Both the position numbers and the translations under genes were made by a program. The notes beneath the pieces were generated by a model that ran no database searches, was not told the origin of the DNA, and was given only the letters and a program-made list of their open reading frames with translations. Shown one piece after another: positions 16,957-26,639 of a stretch of DNA of 64,000 bases; position 1 is the stretch's first letter; each line of letters opens with the position of its first letter. This DNA comes from a virus: the IMG/VR virus record IMGVR_UViG_3300045988_142892; one strand, 5' to 3'.

Positions 16957-18300
16957 ATGGCTAATACAGCATTTAATACTCGTATTAAATTAAAGTATGA
17001 TACTCTGGCCAATTGGACTACTAATGAAGCAAAAGTTTTATTAGCTGGTGAAGTTGGTCTTTGTTATGTGCCTTCTGTAACTTCTGGAACTACTACAACT
17101 GCCCCTACTATCTTATTTAAAGTCGGTGATGGCGAAACAGCTTGGGGAAGATTACCTTGGGGTTCCGGTCTTGCTGCGGACGTTTATGATTGGGCTAAAA
17201 CTCCCACAAAACCATCTTATGATTATAGTGAGATTAAAAATACTCCCACTATGACTGTAGATACTAATACTACTTATAAATTAGTTCAAGATGGTACTAA
17301 TAATCATAAATTTACTTTACAAAGTAAAGAAAAGAATAGTGAAAATTGGATTCCAGTATCTACTATTACTATTCCAGATAATAACAATAACCAAACTATT
17401 ACCGTTGGGTCTACTTCCTTTGGGGCAGATGATGCTGTAAAGTTAGTGGCTGGTGATGGAATTACTATTACTCCTGATTCAACTGGGAAGACAATTACAA
17501 TTACTGCTAGTAAAGTTGCTAATGCAACTCATGCCGATAATGCGACTAATGCTACAAGCGCTGGTAAAGTAGCTAACGCTTTAACTCTTCAGGTTGGTGG
17601 TACTACTAAAGCTACATTTGATGGTTCTTCTGCGAAAACCTTTAATATTACTGCAGGAGATCTTGGTCTTAGCTCTGCGATGCATTTTGTTGGTGCTGCT
17701 ACTGTTGCTATTACCGAAGATTCTAAAGTTGATCCGGAAATCACTGGTTATACTTTTGCTAATGCTCAAAAAGGTGACGTAGTTCTTTATAACCATTTAG
17801 AATTTGTATGGGACGGCACTAAGTGGGAAAAACTTGGTGATGATAGCTCTTATGCTTTAAAGACTATCACTGCTACTGCTACTGATGATGACGTAGTAGT
17901 TTTAACCGGTACTTCTGGTTCTAATGGCGTCACTTTTGATGCCAAACATGCTAAGAAAGGTCCAACAGGTGGCGCAACTAAGGGCGCAACCGCAAATGTA
18001 AGTGTTTCTGGTTATGGCGCTTCTGGATCCATTAAAGTTCCAAAAGTCGTAGTTGATGAATATGGTCATACTACTGGTTTAACTGAACAAACATTAACTA
18101 TTACGATGCCAAATCAGCAAACTCTTCCTGTCGCTGGAAGTGTTGCTCCTAAAAATCTTGGAACAGCTACAGTTGGTACTTCTGCTAAATATGCTCGTGA
18201 AGACCACGTTCATAAGATGCCCACCTTAGATGAAATTAGTGTTAATACTAATGCTAATTATGTCATTTTTGACTGCGGAAGTTCTACGGTAAATATTTAA
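16957..18300 (+). CDS. Tail fibre protein (paralogue 4)
   Basis: N-terminal LANWTTNEAKVLLAGEVGL...KVGDGETAWGRLPW; RBS aatatggaggttcttaaaaatg. Confidence 0.65.
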   Translation: MANTAFNTRIKLKYDTLANWTTNEAKVLLAGEVGLCYVPSVTSGTTTTAPTILFKVGDGETAWGRLPWGSGLAADVYDWAKTPTKPSYDYSEIKNTPTMTVDTNTTYKLVQDGTNNHKFTLQSKEKNSENWIPVSTITIPDNNNNQTITVGSTSFGADDAVKLVAGDGITITPDSTGKTITITASKVANATHADNATNATSAGKVANALTLQVGGTTKATFDGSSAKTFNITAGDLGLSSAMHFVGAATVAITEDSKVDPEITGYTFANAQKGDVVLYNHLEFVWDGTKWEKLGDDSSYALKTITATATDDDVVVLTGTSGSNGVTFDAKHAKKGPTGGATKGATANVSVSGYGASGSIKVPKVVVDEYGHTTGLTEQTLTITMPNQQTLPVAGSVAPKNLGTATVGTSAKYAREDHVHKMPTLDEISVNTNANYVIFDCGSSTVNI

Positions 18301-18302
18301 TT

Positions 18303-18330
18303 AAAGGCTCTCTTAATTGAGAGCCTTTTT
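18303..18330 (+). terminator. Rho-independent terminator
   Basis: aaaggctctcttaattgagagccttttt. Confidence 0.65.
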
Positions 18331-18542
18331 CTTTTTGGACTAAAATATGCAATTATATTATTTAAAATTTTAATATATTTTAGAAAATAATAAGTTTGAA
18401 ATTGATAACTTATTTTGAATATATATATTTTACTCTTTTGGAAATAGATGATTGAGAAAGATATAAAATTATGGGGATAAATATCTTTATATCTATTTTT
18501 AAAGATATTTATCCCCATAATTTTATTTAAGGAGAAAATATA

Positions 18543-19811
18543 ATGGCAAATAAAACATTTCAAGGCCGTATTGTTCAAAAGCACGATACAGAAGCAAATT
18601 GGGAAAAAGCAACTAATTTCATTCCTTTAAAAGGCGAAATTATTGTTTATGATGATTTAAATAAAATAAAAATAGGTGATGGAAGTACTAAAGTAGGAGA
18701 CCTTGCTTTTACTAATGATTTAGACACTTTAGCTGCAATAGCTAAAACAGGTAGTTATAGTGATTTAAAAAATAAACCAACTATTCCATCTGTTGGAAAT
18801 GGTACATTAACTATTCAAAAGAATGGCACATCAGCTGGAACTTTTACAGCAAATGCCACTACTGATAAAACCATTAATATTATAGTACCTACAAAAGTTA
18901 GTGAATTAACTGATGATGTTGTAAAGGGAAAATATTTACCTCTCACTGGCGGCACTATGACGGGAAAACTGACAGTTCCGCAGGTTGAGACTGGCGATGG
19001 CAATTCAAATTTTTTCCAGTGCAGAAAATTCCGTGGCGAAGGGAACGCAGATACTTATTATCATGCCATTGATTTTGGATACAAAAACCATGACCAGGTT
19101 GATTTCCATGAGTACGGAGGAAAATGGAATTTTTACAAAAACCAGTCCGGGAAAGTTAACGAAGGCGTTTTGTGCGGCAGTATCACCAGCAACGGCTGGG
19201 AAGGACGCGCAAAACTCAAAAGCGGTTCCACTATGGTTACTTCCCAATTGACCGAAAACAGCGATGCCATTGCCACAACTGCATTTGTCCACGGGCTTGT
19301 TGATAATGTTAAGCATTATTCAGCATCCAATCCACCTCCTTATCCAGTTACAAGCGTAAATGGGAAAACAGGTGCAGTTCAATTAACAACTGCTGATATT
19401 GACCTTGATTCCAGTATTATGTTTTTAAATAAAACAAATACTATGACGGCTAATGGCAAAATTACTATGGATAGTTCATATACGCCAGGCGCTGATGGAG
19501 ATATTGCGACAAAAAAATATGTAGATAATTCTACACCAGCAACATTTACCGCTTCTAAGGCTGGTACAGTACCCGCTTCAGGAGGCGGAACCACGAAATA
19601 TCTACGAGCAGATGGTACTTGGACTACTATAGATAAAACACCAGTAATAGGTACAAATACTAATTGTGCTATTTATATTGGGACAACGGCTCCTGCTTCA
19701 GGTACCACTCCACTTCTTTGGATTGACACTACTTCTTCAACTGGATTTCTTAAATATAGAAGTTCTAACACCAGTGCTTGGACTGCCGTTCCTGTCGCTT
19801 GGACTGAATAA
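18543..19811 (+). CDS. Tail fibre protein (paralogue 5)
   Basis: N-terminal EANWEKATNFIPLKGEIIVYDDLNKIKIGDGSTKVGDLAF; RBS taaggagaaaatataatg. Confidence 0.65.
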   Translation: MANKTFQGRIVQKHDTEANWEKATNFIPLKGEIIVYDDLNKIKIGDGSTKVGDLAFTNDLDTLAAIAKTGSYSDLKNKPTIPSVGNGTLTIQKNGTSAGTFTANATTDKTINIIVPTKVSELTDDVVKGKYLPLTGGTMTGKLTVPQVETGDGNSNFFQCRKFRGEGNADTYYHAIDFGYKNHDQVDFHEYGGKWNFYKNQSGKVNEGVLCGSITSNGWEGRAKLKSGSTMVTSQLTENSDAIATTAFVHGLVDNVKHYSASNPPPYPVTSVNGKTGAVQLTTADIDLDSSIMFLNKTNTMTANGKITMDSSYTPGADGDIATKKYVDNSTPATFTASKAGTVPASGGGTTKYLRADGTWTTIDKTPVIGTNTNCAIYIGTTAPASGTTPLLWIDTTSSTGFLKYRSSNTSAWTAVPVAWTE

Positions 19812-19825
19812 GGAATAGATCTATT

Positions 19826-20269
19826 ATGGAACATCGCATTAAAATTTTTTTCTTTTTAGATCAAGAAGATTTTGGGGATAAGCGTAATTGTTCTTTAACG
19901 AGTATAACATCTATTTGTTATACTCGTTTCAGAAATCCTTCTGAAAAAGAAATCTATAATATAGTTGAATCTATTGGAAAAAAATATTGTTATAATGATA
20001 AGCGAGGAACTAATCCTTTACTTATTAAAAATATTTTTAATAAATCTTTAGAATATTTTTCTAAACAAAAATGTCAAACTCATTCAAATTATTTAAAAGA
20101 ATTTGGATATAATTTTACTACAATTAAAAATTTAATTGACATGAATAAACCTGTTATTCTATCTTTCTGGAAATGTGAAAAATATTCTAATCATACAATT
20201 ACAATAATTGGATATAATGATAAAACACAAGATTTGATAATTGCGGATAATTGGTCCAAAAGACCATAG
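19826..20269 (+). CDS. Papain-like (C39-like) cysteine peptidase domain protein
   Basis: Candidate catalytic Cys in NCSLTSI and His in SNHTITIIGYND; 147 aa. Confidence 0.4.
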   Translation: MEHRIKIFFFLDQEDFGDKRNCSLTSITSICYTRFRNPSEKEIYNIVESIGKKYCYNDKRGTNPLLIKNIFNKSLEYFSKQKCQTHSNYLKEFGYNFTTIKNLIDMNKPVILSFWKCEKYSNHTITIIGYNDKTQDLIIADNWSKRP

Positions 20270-20327
20270 AAAATCAATTATAAAAATATCTCAACGATTT
20301 CCTCAATAAACTACTTTTAAAAATTTT

Positions 20328-20356
20328 TTGACATTTTTAAAAAAATAATATATAAT
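20328..20356 (+). promoter_or_regulatory. Conserved phage promoter, sigma70-like
   Basis: ttgaca at 20328-20333, 17-nt spacer, tataat at 20351-20356, then the tagaaagttgagagagaaag leader. Confidence 0.55.
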
Positions 20357-20490
20357 ATATATAGAAAGTTGAGAGAGAAAGATTTCAAAAAGTTTTTTCT
20401 CTTATACTTTTTCTTTCGGCAACGAACTCTTTAATTGATAAGTTAAAGAGATTGGGAGAAAGAACGCGGGAACTGCGTTAGTGCCGATAT

Positions 20491-20566
20491 GCTGGAGTAG
20501 CTCAGCAGGTAGAGCGCTTCACTTGTAATGAAGATGTCGCGGGTTCGATTCCTGTCTCCAGCTCCA
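20491..20566 (+). tRNA. tRNA-Thr(TGT)
   Basis: Acceptor gctggag/ctccagc; anticodon stem cttca/tgaag with loop ctTGTaa; T-loop ttcgatt; CCA encoded. Confidence 0.7.
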
Positions 20567-20609
20567 TTAATCAAAAAGATTAAAATAAATGTGTAAAAGG
20601 TGTAAAATT

Positions 20610-20960
20610 ATGAATTATTCTCTGGACAAGTATAAGTTTTATGAGTACAATGACCCCAAGGGTAAGAAGACTGTGAGCGCGGTTTCTACGTATGCCGGTC
20701 GGACAGTCAAGGGCTATGCTAAGTGTGATCCTCGTGATAGCTTTAATGTTGAAAATGGCAAGAAGCTCGCGGCCGCGCGTTGTAATGCGAAGGTTTCCGC
20801 AAAGCGTATGAAGCGCGCTGAGTATAAGATGAAGGAAGCTCAGGCTCTTCTTGATCAGGCTCAGGCTCATTACGACAAGATGGTGAATTATTTCAACGAT
20901 GCTTCTCGTGATAAGTCTTTTGCCGAGAATGAGGTAAATTGCCTCCTTAGGGAGATGTAA
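20610..20960 (+). CDS. Hypothetical protein, member of a paralogous family (see 43557-43994)
   Basis: Shared motif GYAKCDPRDSFNVENGKKLAAARC, compared with GIAKCHPDDMDMANEKTGCNYAYKRA in the 43557 protein; RBS aaaaggtgtaaaattatg. Confidence 0.5.
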   Translation: MNYSLDKYKFYEYNDPKGKKTVSAVSTYAGRTVKGYAKCDPRDSFNVENGKKLAAARCNAKVSAKRMKRAEYKMKEAQALLDQAQAHYDKMVNYFNDASRDKSFAENEVNCLLREM

Positions 20961-20964
20961 TAAA

Positions 20965-20987
20965 TAAGGAGAAGATTTTCTTCTCCT
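20965..20987 (+). terminator. Rho-independent terminator
   Basis: aaggagaagattttcttctcctt followed by tatttgg. Confidence 0.6.
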
Positions 20988-20993
20988 TTATTT

Positions 20994-21088
20994 GGTAGGG
21001 TGCCGAAGTGGACATAACGGCCTAGACTTGAAATCTTGTGTGCCGGCTTTGAACCGGCCCGTGGGTTCGAATCCCACCCCTACCGCCA
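20994..21088 (+). tRNA. tRNA-Ser(TGA), type II
   Basis: Acceptor ggtaggg/ccctacc; anticodon stem ctaga/tcttg with loop ctTGAaa; long variable arm gccggctttgaaccggc; T-arm gtggg-ttcgaat-cccac; CCA encoded. Confidence 0.7.
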
Positions 21089-21091
21089 TAT

Positions 21092-21185
21092 GCGGTCGTG
21101 CGATAATTGGTAGTCGGCTCGCCTGGAAAGCGAGTGTCGGCGTTCATAGCGTCGATTGTAGGTTCGAGTCCTACCGACCGCGCCA
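21092..21185 (+). tRNA. tRNA-Ser(GGA), type II
   Basis: Acceptor gcggtcg/cgaccgc; anticodon arm ctcgc-ctGGAaa-gcgag; long variable arm; T-arm gtagg-ttcgagt-cctac; CCA encoded. Confidence 0.7.
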
Positions 21186-21210
21186 ACTAATTTAATAAGG
21201 AGGATATTAT

Positions 21211-21501
21211 ATGAAATCTAATTCTCGCGCTTATAATCGTGATGTTTCCAAAAGAAAAGCATTGAGAAAGCGTAGAATCACCAAAGAAGTGTATGGTTAT
21301 CTTACTCATCCTTATTATGATAATCTCCATCAATTTAGTAAAAATAAAATCCATTGTTCATGTCCTATGTGCTCAGTCAAAAGTAAGAATAGAGGAAGAA
21401 GACGCAAAAAAGCGTGGTATTCTCCTACTTATAATTGGAAGATCGCGGATTTGCGTAAATTCAATAAGATGGACATGAGCTGTGAGGACGCGGGCGTGTA
21501 A
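21211..21501 (+). CDS. Small basic Cys/His-containing protein (96 aa), hypothetical
   Basis: RBS ttaataaggaggatattatatg; Lys/Arg-rich. Confidence 0.5.
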   Translation: MKSNSRAYNRDVSKRKALRKRRITKEVYGYLTHPYYDNLHQFSKNKIHCSCPMCSVKSKNRGRRRKKAWYSPTYNWKIADLRKFNKMDMSCEDAGV

Positions 21502-21519
21502 AGTAAAAATACTTTACAC
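21495..21519 (+). terminator. Rho-independent terminator
   Basis: gtgtaaagtaaaaatactttacac. Confidence 0.6.
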
Positions 21520-21536
21520 CAATTTCCGCAATTTTT

Positions 21537-21565
21537 TTGACATTTTTAAAAATTTAATATATAAT
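21537..21565 (+). promoter_or_regulatory. Conserved phage promoter, sigma70-like
   Basis: ttgaca at 21537-21542, 17-nt spacer, tataat at 21560-21565. Confidence 0.55.
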
Positions 21566-21576
21566 ATATATAGAAA

Positions 21577-21726
21577 ATGAAAAAGAAAAAAAGAAAAATG
21601 CGACCACAACCACCTTGGTATTTTTATTTTGATACTGATAATTGTTATCGTTGTAAAAATAAAAATGGTTGCGGTGGTTGTAAATTTTTAAAAAGGTATA
21701 TTTATACCAAACAAAAGAAAATTTGA
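21577..21726 (+). CDS. Small Cys-rich peptide (49 aa), hypothetical
   Basis: MKKKKRKMRPQPPWYFYFDTDNCYRCKNKNGCGGCKFLKRY...; CxxC...CxxC pattern; follows a promoter copy; shorter than the track's length cut-off. Confidence 0.3.
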   Translation: MKKKKRKMRPQPPWYFYFDTDNCYRCKNKNGCGGCKFLKRYIYTKQKKI

Positions 21727-21751
21727 CATTTTATAAAAAATATTATATAAT
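21722..21751 (+). promoter_or_regulatory. Conserved phage promoter, sigma70-like
   Basis: ttgaca at 21722-21727, 18-nt spacer, tataat at 21746-21751. Confidence 0.5.
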
Positions 21752-21943
21752 ATTTATATAAAATGAAGAAAGACCTTATCAGCAAATATAAGAATAAAAT
21801 TTTTACCAAACTTTAAGGATGTTATTTGAGGTCTTGTAAATATTATTTAAAGCCCGCGAGAGAAAAAATAGACGGGCTGAGCATCAGTAATTCTGGTTGG
21901 AACTTGAAGAGGAAGTTGTTGGCTGACATTAAAGCTGATATCT

Positions 21944-22035
21944 GCGGGGGTAGCCGAATGGCACAGGCATCGGACTTAAAATCCGCCGGCGCGATCACAT
22001 CAAACTTGGGGGTTCAAATCCCCTCTCCCGCACCA
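21944..22035 (+). tRNA. tRNA-Leu(TAA), type II
   Basis: Acceptor gcggggg/ctcccgc; anticodon stem tcgga/tccgc with loop ctTAAaa; long variable arm; T-loop ttcaaat; CCA encoded. Confidence 0.65.
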
Positions 22036-22365
22036 TTAAATAATAATAGCTAACGGCAGTTGCCTCTAATGAAAATTAGATAGACGGGTCGGGGTTGACA
22101 TAGACAGGTCAACAGGTAGTACAGCAGTAGGTAACAAATCTGCAAGTCGAAATAAGTTGGGAAAACCAAATGATACGGCTTAGTCCTTCGTAAGAAGTTG
22201 AAGAGAGATTTTAGGTAAAAGATAACAACTTTTAACTGCTCTTCGTAATTGACCATGAAACCGGGTCATAGCTACCATATTATTATTTAAGTTAATCTAA
22301 AAGGAGTGAGTCCAATGGGTTCTCGAATGGCCATCTTTTAACATCTTTTAAAGGAGGTTAAAAGA
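22036..22365 (+). ncRNA. ORF-free region of about 330 nt after tRNA-Leu; candidate structured RNA
   Basis: No ORF; hairpins gttgacatagacaggtcaac and gaccatgaaaccgggtcat; ends at an RBS aaaggaggttaaaagaatg. Confidence 0.2.
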
Positions 22366-22677
22366 ATGAGTAGAAGTAGAAAAAAGACACCTTATAGTGG
22401 CGATCGCAAAGACCGCGGATATAAGAGATACGCAAATAAAAAAGTTCGTCAAAAATTAAAAAATTCTGAAGAAATTTATAATTACAAAGAGTATAAAAAA
22501 CTTTTTTGTTCTTATAATATTTGCGATTATTATACCATAGAAGGTGATTTTGAAACTTTTTATAAAAATGAAATTTCACGTTGGTATCGTTGGCAAGTAT
22601 ATCCTTATTTAAGTTATGAATTTCCTACTCGTGAAAAAGCATATCAAGATTATATGCGATATTACATTAGGAAATAA
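22366..22677 (+). CDS. Small basic protein (103 aa), hypothetical
   Basis: RBS aaaggaggttaaaagaatg; Lys/Arg/Tyr-rich. Confidence 0.5.
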   Translation: MSRSRKKTPYSGDRKDRGYKRYANKKVRQKLKNSEEIYNYKEYKKLFCSYNICDYYTIEGDFETFYKNEISRWYRWQVYPYLSYEFPTREKAYQDYMRYYIRK

Positions 22678-22682
22678 GAAAA

Positions 22683-22712
22683 TTTGACATTTTTAAAAAT
22701 TTAATATATAAT
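22683..22712 (+). promoter_or_regulatory. Conserved phage promoter, sigma70-like
   Basis: ttgaca at 22683-22688, 18-nt spacer, tataat at 22707-22712. Confidence 0.5.
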
Positions 22713-22801
22713 AAATATATAAAACGTACAAAATTTTTTTCAATTCTTATTCTCTTTATTGATTGTTTAGCATTTTCAACAATATAAAGAAAATGCTTAC
22801 G

Positions 22802-22877
22802 CAGGATTGGTGTTAGCGGCTAGCATTCCGGTCTTCCAAACCGGCGGGGCCAGTTCGAATCTGGTATCTTGCTCCAT
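22802..22877 (+). tRNA. tRNA-Gly(TCC)
   Basis: Acceptor gcaggat/atcttgc; anticodon arm ccggt-ctTCCaa-accgg; T-arm gccag-ttcgaat-ctggt; CCA encoded. Confidence 0.65.
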
Positions 22878-23258
22878 AGTTATTAATTTGGTCTATGATA
22901 AATCGCGATGCCTGATTAATTAACTACATAGAGCCATACAGCAAATTCTTTTTACTGGGTTTCCAGTGCTATTAACTTATTTTAAGTTTCTACTAAAAAG
23001 GATTGATGTAAAATCAAATGCTTGTAGGTCTATGAGTATGATATAATAAGTAATATAAATGGTTTGGCTCTAGAATTTAAAGCCGTTTATATGAAAATTA
23101 TATTAGAAAATAGACGATTTGCTCTCTTTGGAGGATTGTTTGAAAAAACTAAAAAATTAAGAGAGCAGGTTAGATTATAAATAACTATTAAAGACGCATC
23201 CAGCAACAGATCTTTTATGTTGGTAATGAAATTTAAAAAGAAGCGCGTCTTGTTTTAC

Positions 23259-23333
23259 GCGGTTGTAGCTCAGTGGTAGAGCAGTAGCCTTTTAAGCTAT
23301 TGGCCGAGGGTTCAAGTCCCTCCAACCGCACCA
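23259..23333 (+). tRNA. tRNA-Lys(TTT)
   Basis: Acceptor gcggttg/caaccgc; anticodon stem gtagc/gctat with loop ctTTTaa; T-arm gaggg-ttcaagt-ccctc; CCA encoded. Confidence 0.7.
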
Positions 23334-23434
23334 CGTAGATATCAATCTACAAAGTTAGGCTTAACTTGAAAATATTTTATGAATCCAGCAGAAAAGAAAG
23401 TTTCTGTTGGATAAAAGCATTAGGAGGCTTTAAA

Positions 23435-23731
23435 ATGAAATTTTATTCAGAACTAACAAAGGATTTTTATGAAAGTGAAGATGCCTGTAAGCAGGCTGAA
23501 AGTAAGTTCAACAAAGAGCTTGCTGAAAAGGAAGCTAAGGAGAAGGCTTTGAAGGCTGAGCGTAAGCAGCGTGCCGAAGAGGTTAACGATGCATACAAGG
23601 CTATTAAAGAAGCTGAAAAGCATTACTGCGAACTCCGTGATCAGTTTGTAAAAGATTATGGTAGTTTCCATATGACATTTACTGATACTGGTAGTTTCTT
23701 CTTCGATCCTTTCAGATTTACTATTCTGTAA
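23435..23731 (+). CDS. Hypothetical coiled-coil protein (98 aa)
   Basis: RBS ttaggaggctttaaaatg; Lys/Glu-rich helix. Confidence 0.45.
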   Translation: MKFYSELTKDFYESEDACKQAESKFNKELAEKEAKEKALKAERKQRAEEVNDAYKAIKEAEKHYCELRDQFVKDYGSFHMTFTDTGSFFFDPFRFTIL

Positions 23732-23732
23732 T

Positions 23733-23784
23733 GAAATGCGCCGTTTCCCGTTTAACCGATCTTTTAGACGGGAAACGGCGCATT
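23733..23784 (+). terminator. Rho-independent terminator with a long stem
   Basis: aatgcgccgtttcccgtttaaccgatcttttagacgggaaacggcgcatt followed by ttcttc. Confidence 0.65.
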
Positions 23785-23796
23785 TTCTTCATATCT

Positions 23797-23873
23797 GGGC
23801 CTTTAGCTTAGTTGGTTAGAACAGCCAGCTCATAACCGGCCGGTCCCGGGTTCGAGTCCCCGAAGGCCCACCA
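23797..23873 (+). tRNA. tRNA(CAT), third Met/Ile2-type gene
   Basis: Acceptor gggcctt/aaggccc; anticodon loop ctCATaa; T-arm ccggg-ttcgagt-ccccg; CCA encoded. Confidence 0.65.
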
Positions 23874-23885
23874 ATAAAAAATTTT

Positions 23886-23914
23886 TTGATTTTTTCAAAA
23901 AAATATATTATAAT
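23886..23914 (+). promoter_or_regulatory. Conserved phage promoter, sigma70-like
   Basis: ttgatt at 23886-23891, 17-nt spacer, tataat at 23909-23914. Confidence 0.5.
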
Positions 23915-23947
23915 ATTTATATCAAATGAAAAAGGAGAAAAAAAATT

Positions 23948-24763
23948 ATGCCTTCTAATTCTCGTGCTGAAAATCAGTATTATGGTAAGTATCGTGAGTG
24001 TTGTGTTGTTGCTCATCTGAACAACACTGAGGTTGAATATCATGAGAACTTTGTTTTCACAACGGAAGAGAAGACTCTCCTTTCCAGTGAAGCAAAGCTC
24101 ATTGCCGATTTCCTTGGTGATCATACCGCAACCTATCTCGGCAATCACACTGCTAATGAATCTGGCGATATCCTTTTGGACAATGGTGAAGTTGTTGAAA
24201 TTAAAACTGTAAGTGCTGGTTCTGGTACTTATTTCAATACTTCCATTTATTATTTTGATAAATTCGGTTTTAATTTTAAGGACTACATGGAATCTTGTGG
24301 TTTATATGATGCACTGGAGAAAAACTTTGGAGATATTGTTAAGATTAACCGTAAAACTAAATCTCCTGTAAGCCAGCCCAATTCTTCCTTGATCCGGCAT
24401 AATTACGAAGAGTTATACAAGGAAACTATTGTTCCTGTTGATACAGCGATGCGAATGAAATTTACTCAGGATATTGCTGATTTCTTTGCTAATAATCCTG
24501 ACCGAGTTTATGAATTTATTACTGATATGCTGGAAAAAAACAGCTCTACCAGTAAGAAAACTAGTCCTGATCGTCTAATTGTTCTTAACTATAATAAGAA
24601 CAAAGTTAGAGAAATTGACCTTAAGAATTTTAAGGATAATATTTCTACTCACATTCGAGCAACAGAAAAGGGCCTGGTCGTTGGTAATGTGCGTGTTGCT
24701 TTTAGCTGGCAGAATGGCGTAGGTTTGAATAATCCTACAATTAGAGCATTTTTGGAGGATTAA
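23948..24763 (+). CDS. Putative PD-(D/E)xK-type restriction-endonuclease-like protein
   Basis: Candidate catalytic motif GDILLDNGEVVEIK (D...E.K); directly upstream of a DNA methyltransferase. Confidence 0.4.
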   Translation: MPSNSRAENQYYGKYRECCVVAHLNNTEVEYHENFVFTTEEKTLLSSEAKLIADFLGDHTATYLGNHTANESGDILLDNGEVVEIKTVSAGSGTYFNTSIYYFDKFGFNFKDYMESCGLYDALEKNFGDIVKINRKTKSPVSQPNSSLIRHNYEELYKETIVPVDTAMRMKFTQDIADFFANNPDRVYEFITDMLEKNSSTSKKTSPDRLIVLNYNKNKVREIDLKNFKDNISTHIRATEKGLVVGNVRVAFSWQNGVGLNNPTIRAFLED

Positions 24764-24764
24764 T

Positions 24765-25616
24765 ATGGGTTTAGACAAATTTTATACATAGGACCATGTA
24801 GCAAGACATTGTTTTGAATTTTTACATTAGAAATTAAATATAGCCGATTCGGCTATTTATCTTGAACCAAGTGCCGGAGCAGGTTCATTTATTAATCTGT
24901 TAAATCATTATGTAGCTTTAGATATTGCTCCAGAGGATGATCGAATTACACAGTAGGATTACCTAGTTTATGAAACAGATAGAACTAATTTTATCACAAT
25001 TGGTAATCCACCTTTTGGTTCTCGATCTAAGTTAGCAATTGATTTTTTCAATAAGGCTGCGACTATGTCTGATGTAATTGCTTTTATTGTTCCTGTTTCA
25101 TTTATGAAATGGAGTGTACAGAAAAATTTAAGTTCTAATTTCGCACTTCATAGTTATACTTATTTGGAGCCTGAATCTTTCTCCTCTAATGGAGAGCCTT
25201 ATAGTGTACGCACTGTATTTCAGATTTGGGTTAAAAAAGGCAGTCAATATGATAATGGAGTTAATCTTCGTCTAACAAGGCAGCCCCCTATTTCCCATCC
25301 CGACTTTGAAATTTGGCAGTATAATGCTACTCCAGAAGCAGTAAAGTATGTGGAAGAGGATTGGAAATATGCCACATATCGTCAAGGTTATCACGATTAT
25401 AATCAAATCTTTACCCGCGATGATTATGATCATATTAAAGAAAAAATGACAGGAACTAAGAAACAGCAATTTTTCTTTATTAAACCTTTATCTGCTGAAG
25501 CAGAAAAATTAATTTTGACTATGGATTTTAATGCTTTAGCTGAAAGAAATACTGCTACTCCTGGGTTCGGTAAGGGCGATTTTGTTAGTTATTATACTGA
25601 ATTAAAGGAGAATTAA
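24765..25616 (+). CDS. N6-adenine DNA methyltransferase; reads through 3 in-frame TAGs
   Basis: Motif I LEPSAGAGSF and motif IV GNPPFGS; the ATG at 24765 shares a frame with track ORF 25065-25616; TAGs at 24786, 24837 and 24951. Confidence 0.65.
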
Positions 25617-25617
25617 A

Positions 25618-26625
25618 ATGGATATTCCTCTATCAACTTATAGCTTTAAAAATGTTGGATATAATTTAGAATCAATTTTATTATTTTATCAATCTAATAG
25701 AATTGATACAGATCTAGATTGTCAACGAGGCTACGTTTGGACTTCTGAACAAAAACAACAATTAATTGATACTTTAATTAATCGAGAAAGAATTCCAGAA
25801 TTTCATGTAATTAAAGAGGCGGATGAAGCAATTTTTCATTTCGCTGATGGAAAACAAAGAATTACTACAATTCTTAATTTTTTATCTGGTAAGTTATCCT
25901 GGGAAAAAAGTCAAGCTGATTCTAAATTTAAGGAATTATTTGGTAAAGACAATAAACTTTTCTTTTCTGATCTTCCTGAAAATTTTTAGAATATGATTTT
26001 AGATACAGAGTTACAATTTGCTTGTTATAGTAATATGACTCCAGCTTCTACTACAAAATTATTTAGAAAATTAAATAGTGGAACTGCTCTTGGTGAATTT
26101 CAAAAAGGACTCGCTGAAAATATTACTATTAAGTAGTATTTTTTAAATACATTAATGGATCATCCTGTAATTCAAAAGATTTTTTCTACTTCTAAAATAG
26201 AAAAAGGAAATGCTGAACAAGCTTTAATCAGATTAATGATTTTAATGAAAAATTTGGATGATAATATTAATATTGAATGTGATTTAACTCCTCCAAATTT
26301 AAAAAATTACTATCTTAATCTTGAGGGAGCATCTGAAGAAGAATCTTATCAGTGGATTTAGATTTTAGATATTTATCAGAAAAAGATTAAAAAGTATCTT
26401 GATTGGCTAAATACTTATACTAATTTAAATTTAAGCACTCGATCTGATTATGTTTTTTTATTTAGTACATTTTTTACTTATAAAAATAATGGCGATGAAG
26501 AATATTTAAAAATGCTTTTTGAAACTCTTAATGGAATAAGCGCTGGCTCTATAGTTGGATCTGGTTCTGATTACAGCAAAACAAATGTTAAAAAGTATTT
26601 AGAATATATTTCTAATTTAGCTTAA
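25618..26625 (+). CDS. DUF262 (ParB-like / GmrSD N-terminal nuclease domain) protein; reads through 3 in-frame TAGs
   Basis: QRGYVWTSEQKQQLIDTL...FADGKQRITTI matches the DUF262 DGQQR signature; track ORFs 25618 and 26155 share one frame; TAGs at 25987, 26134 and 26359; stop TAA at 26623. Confidence 0.55.
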
Positions 26626-26639
26626 AATAAAGATCTTAA

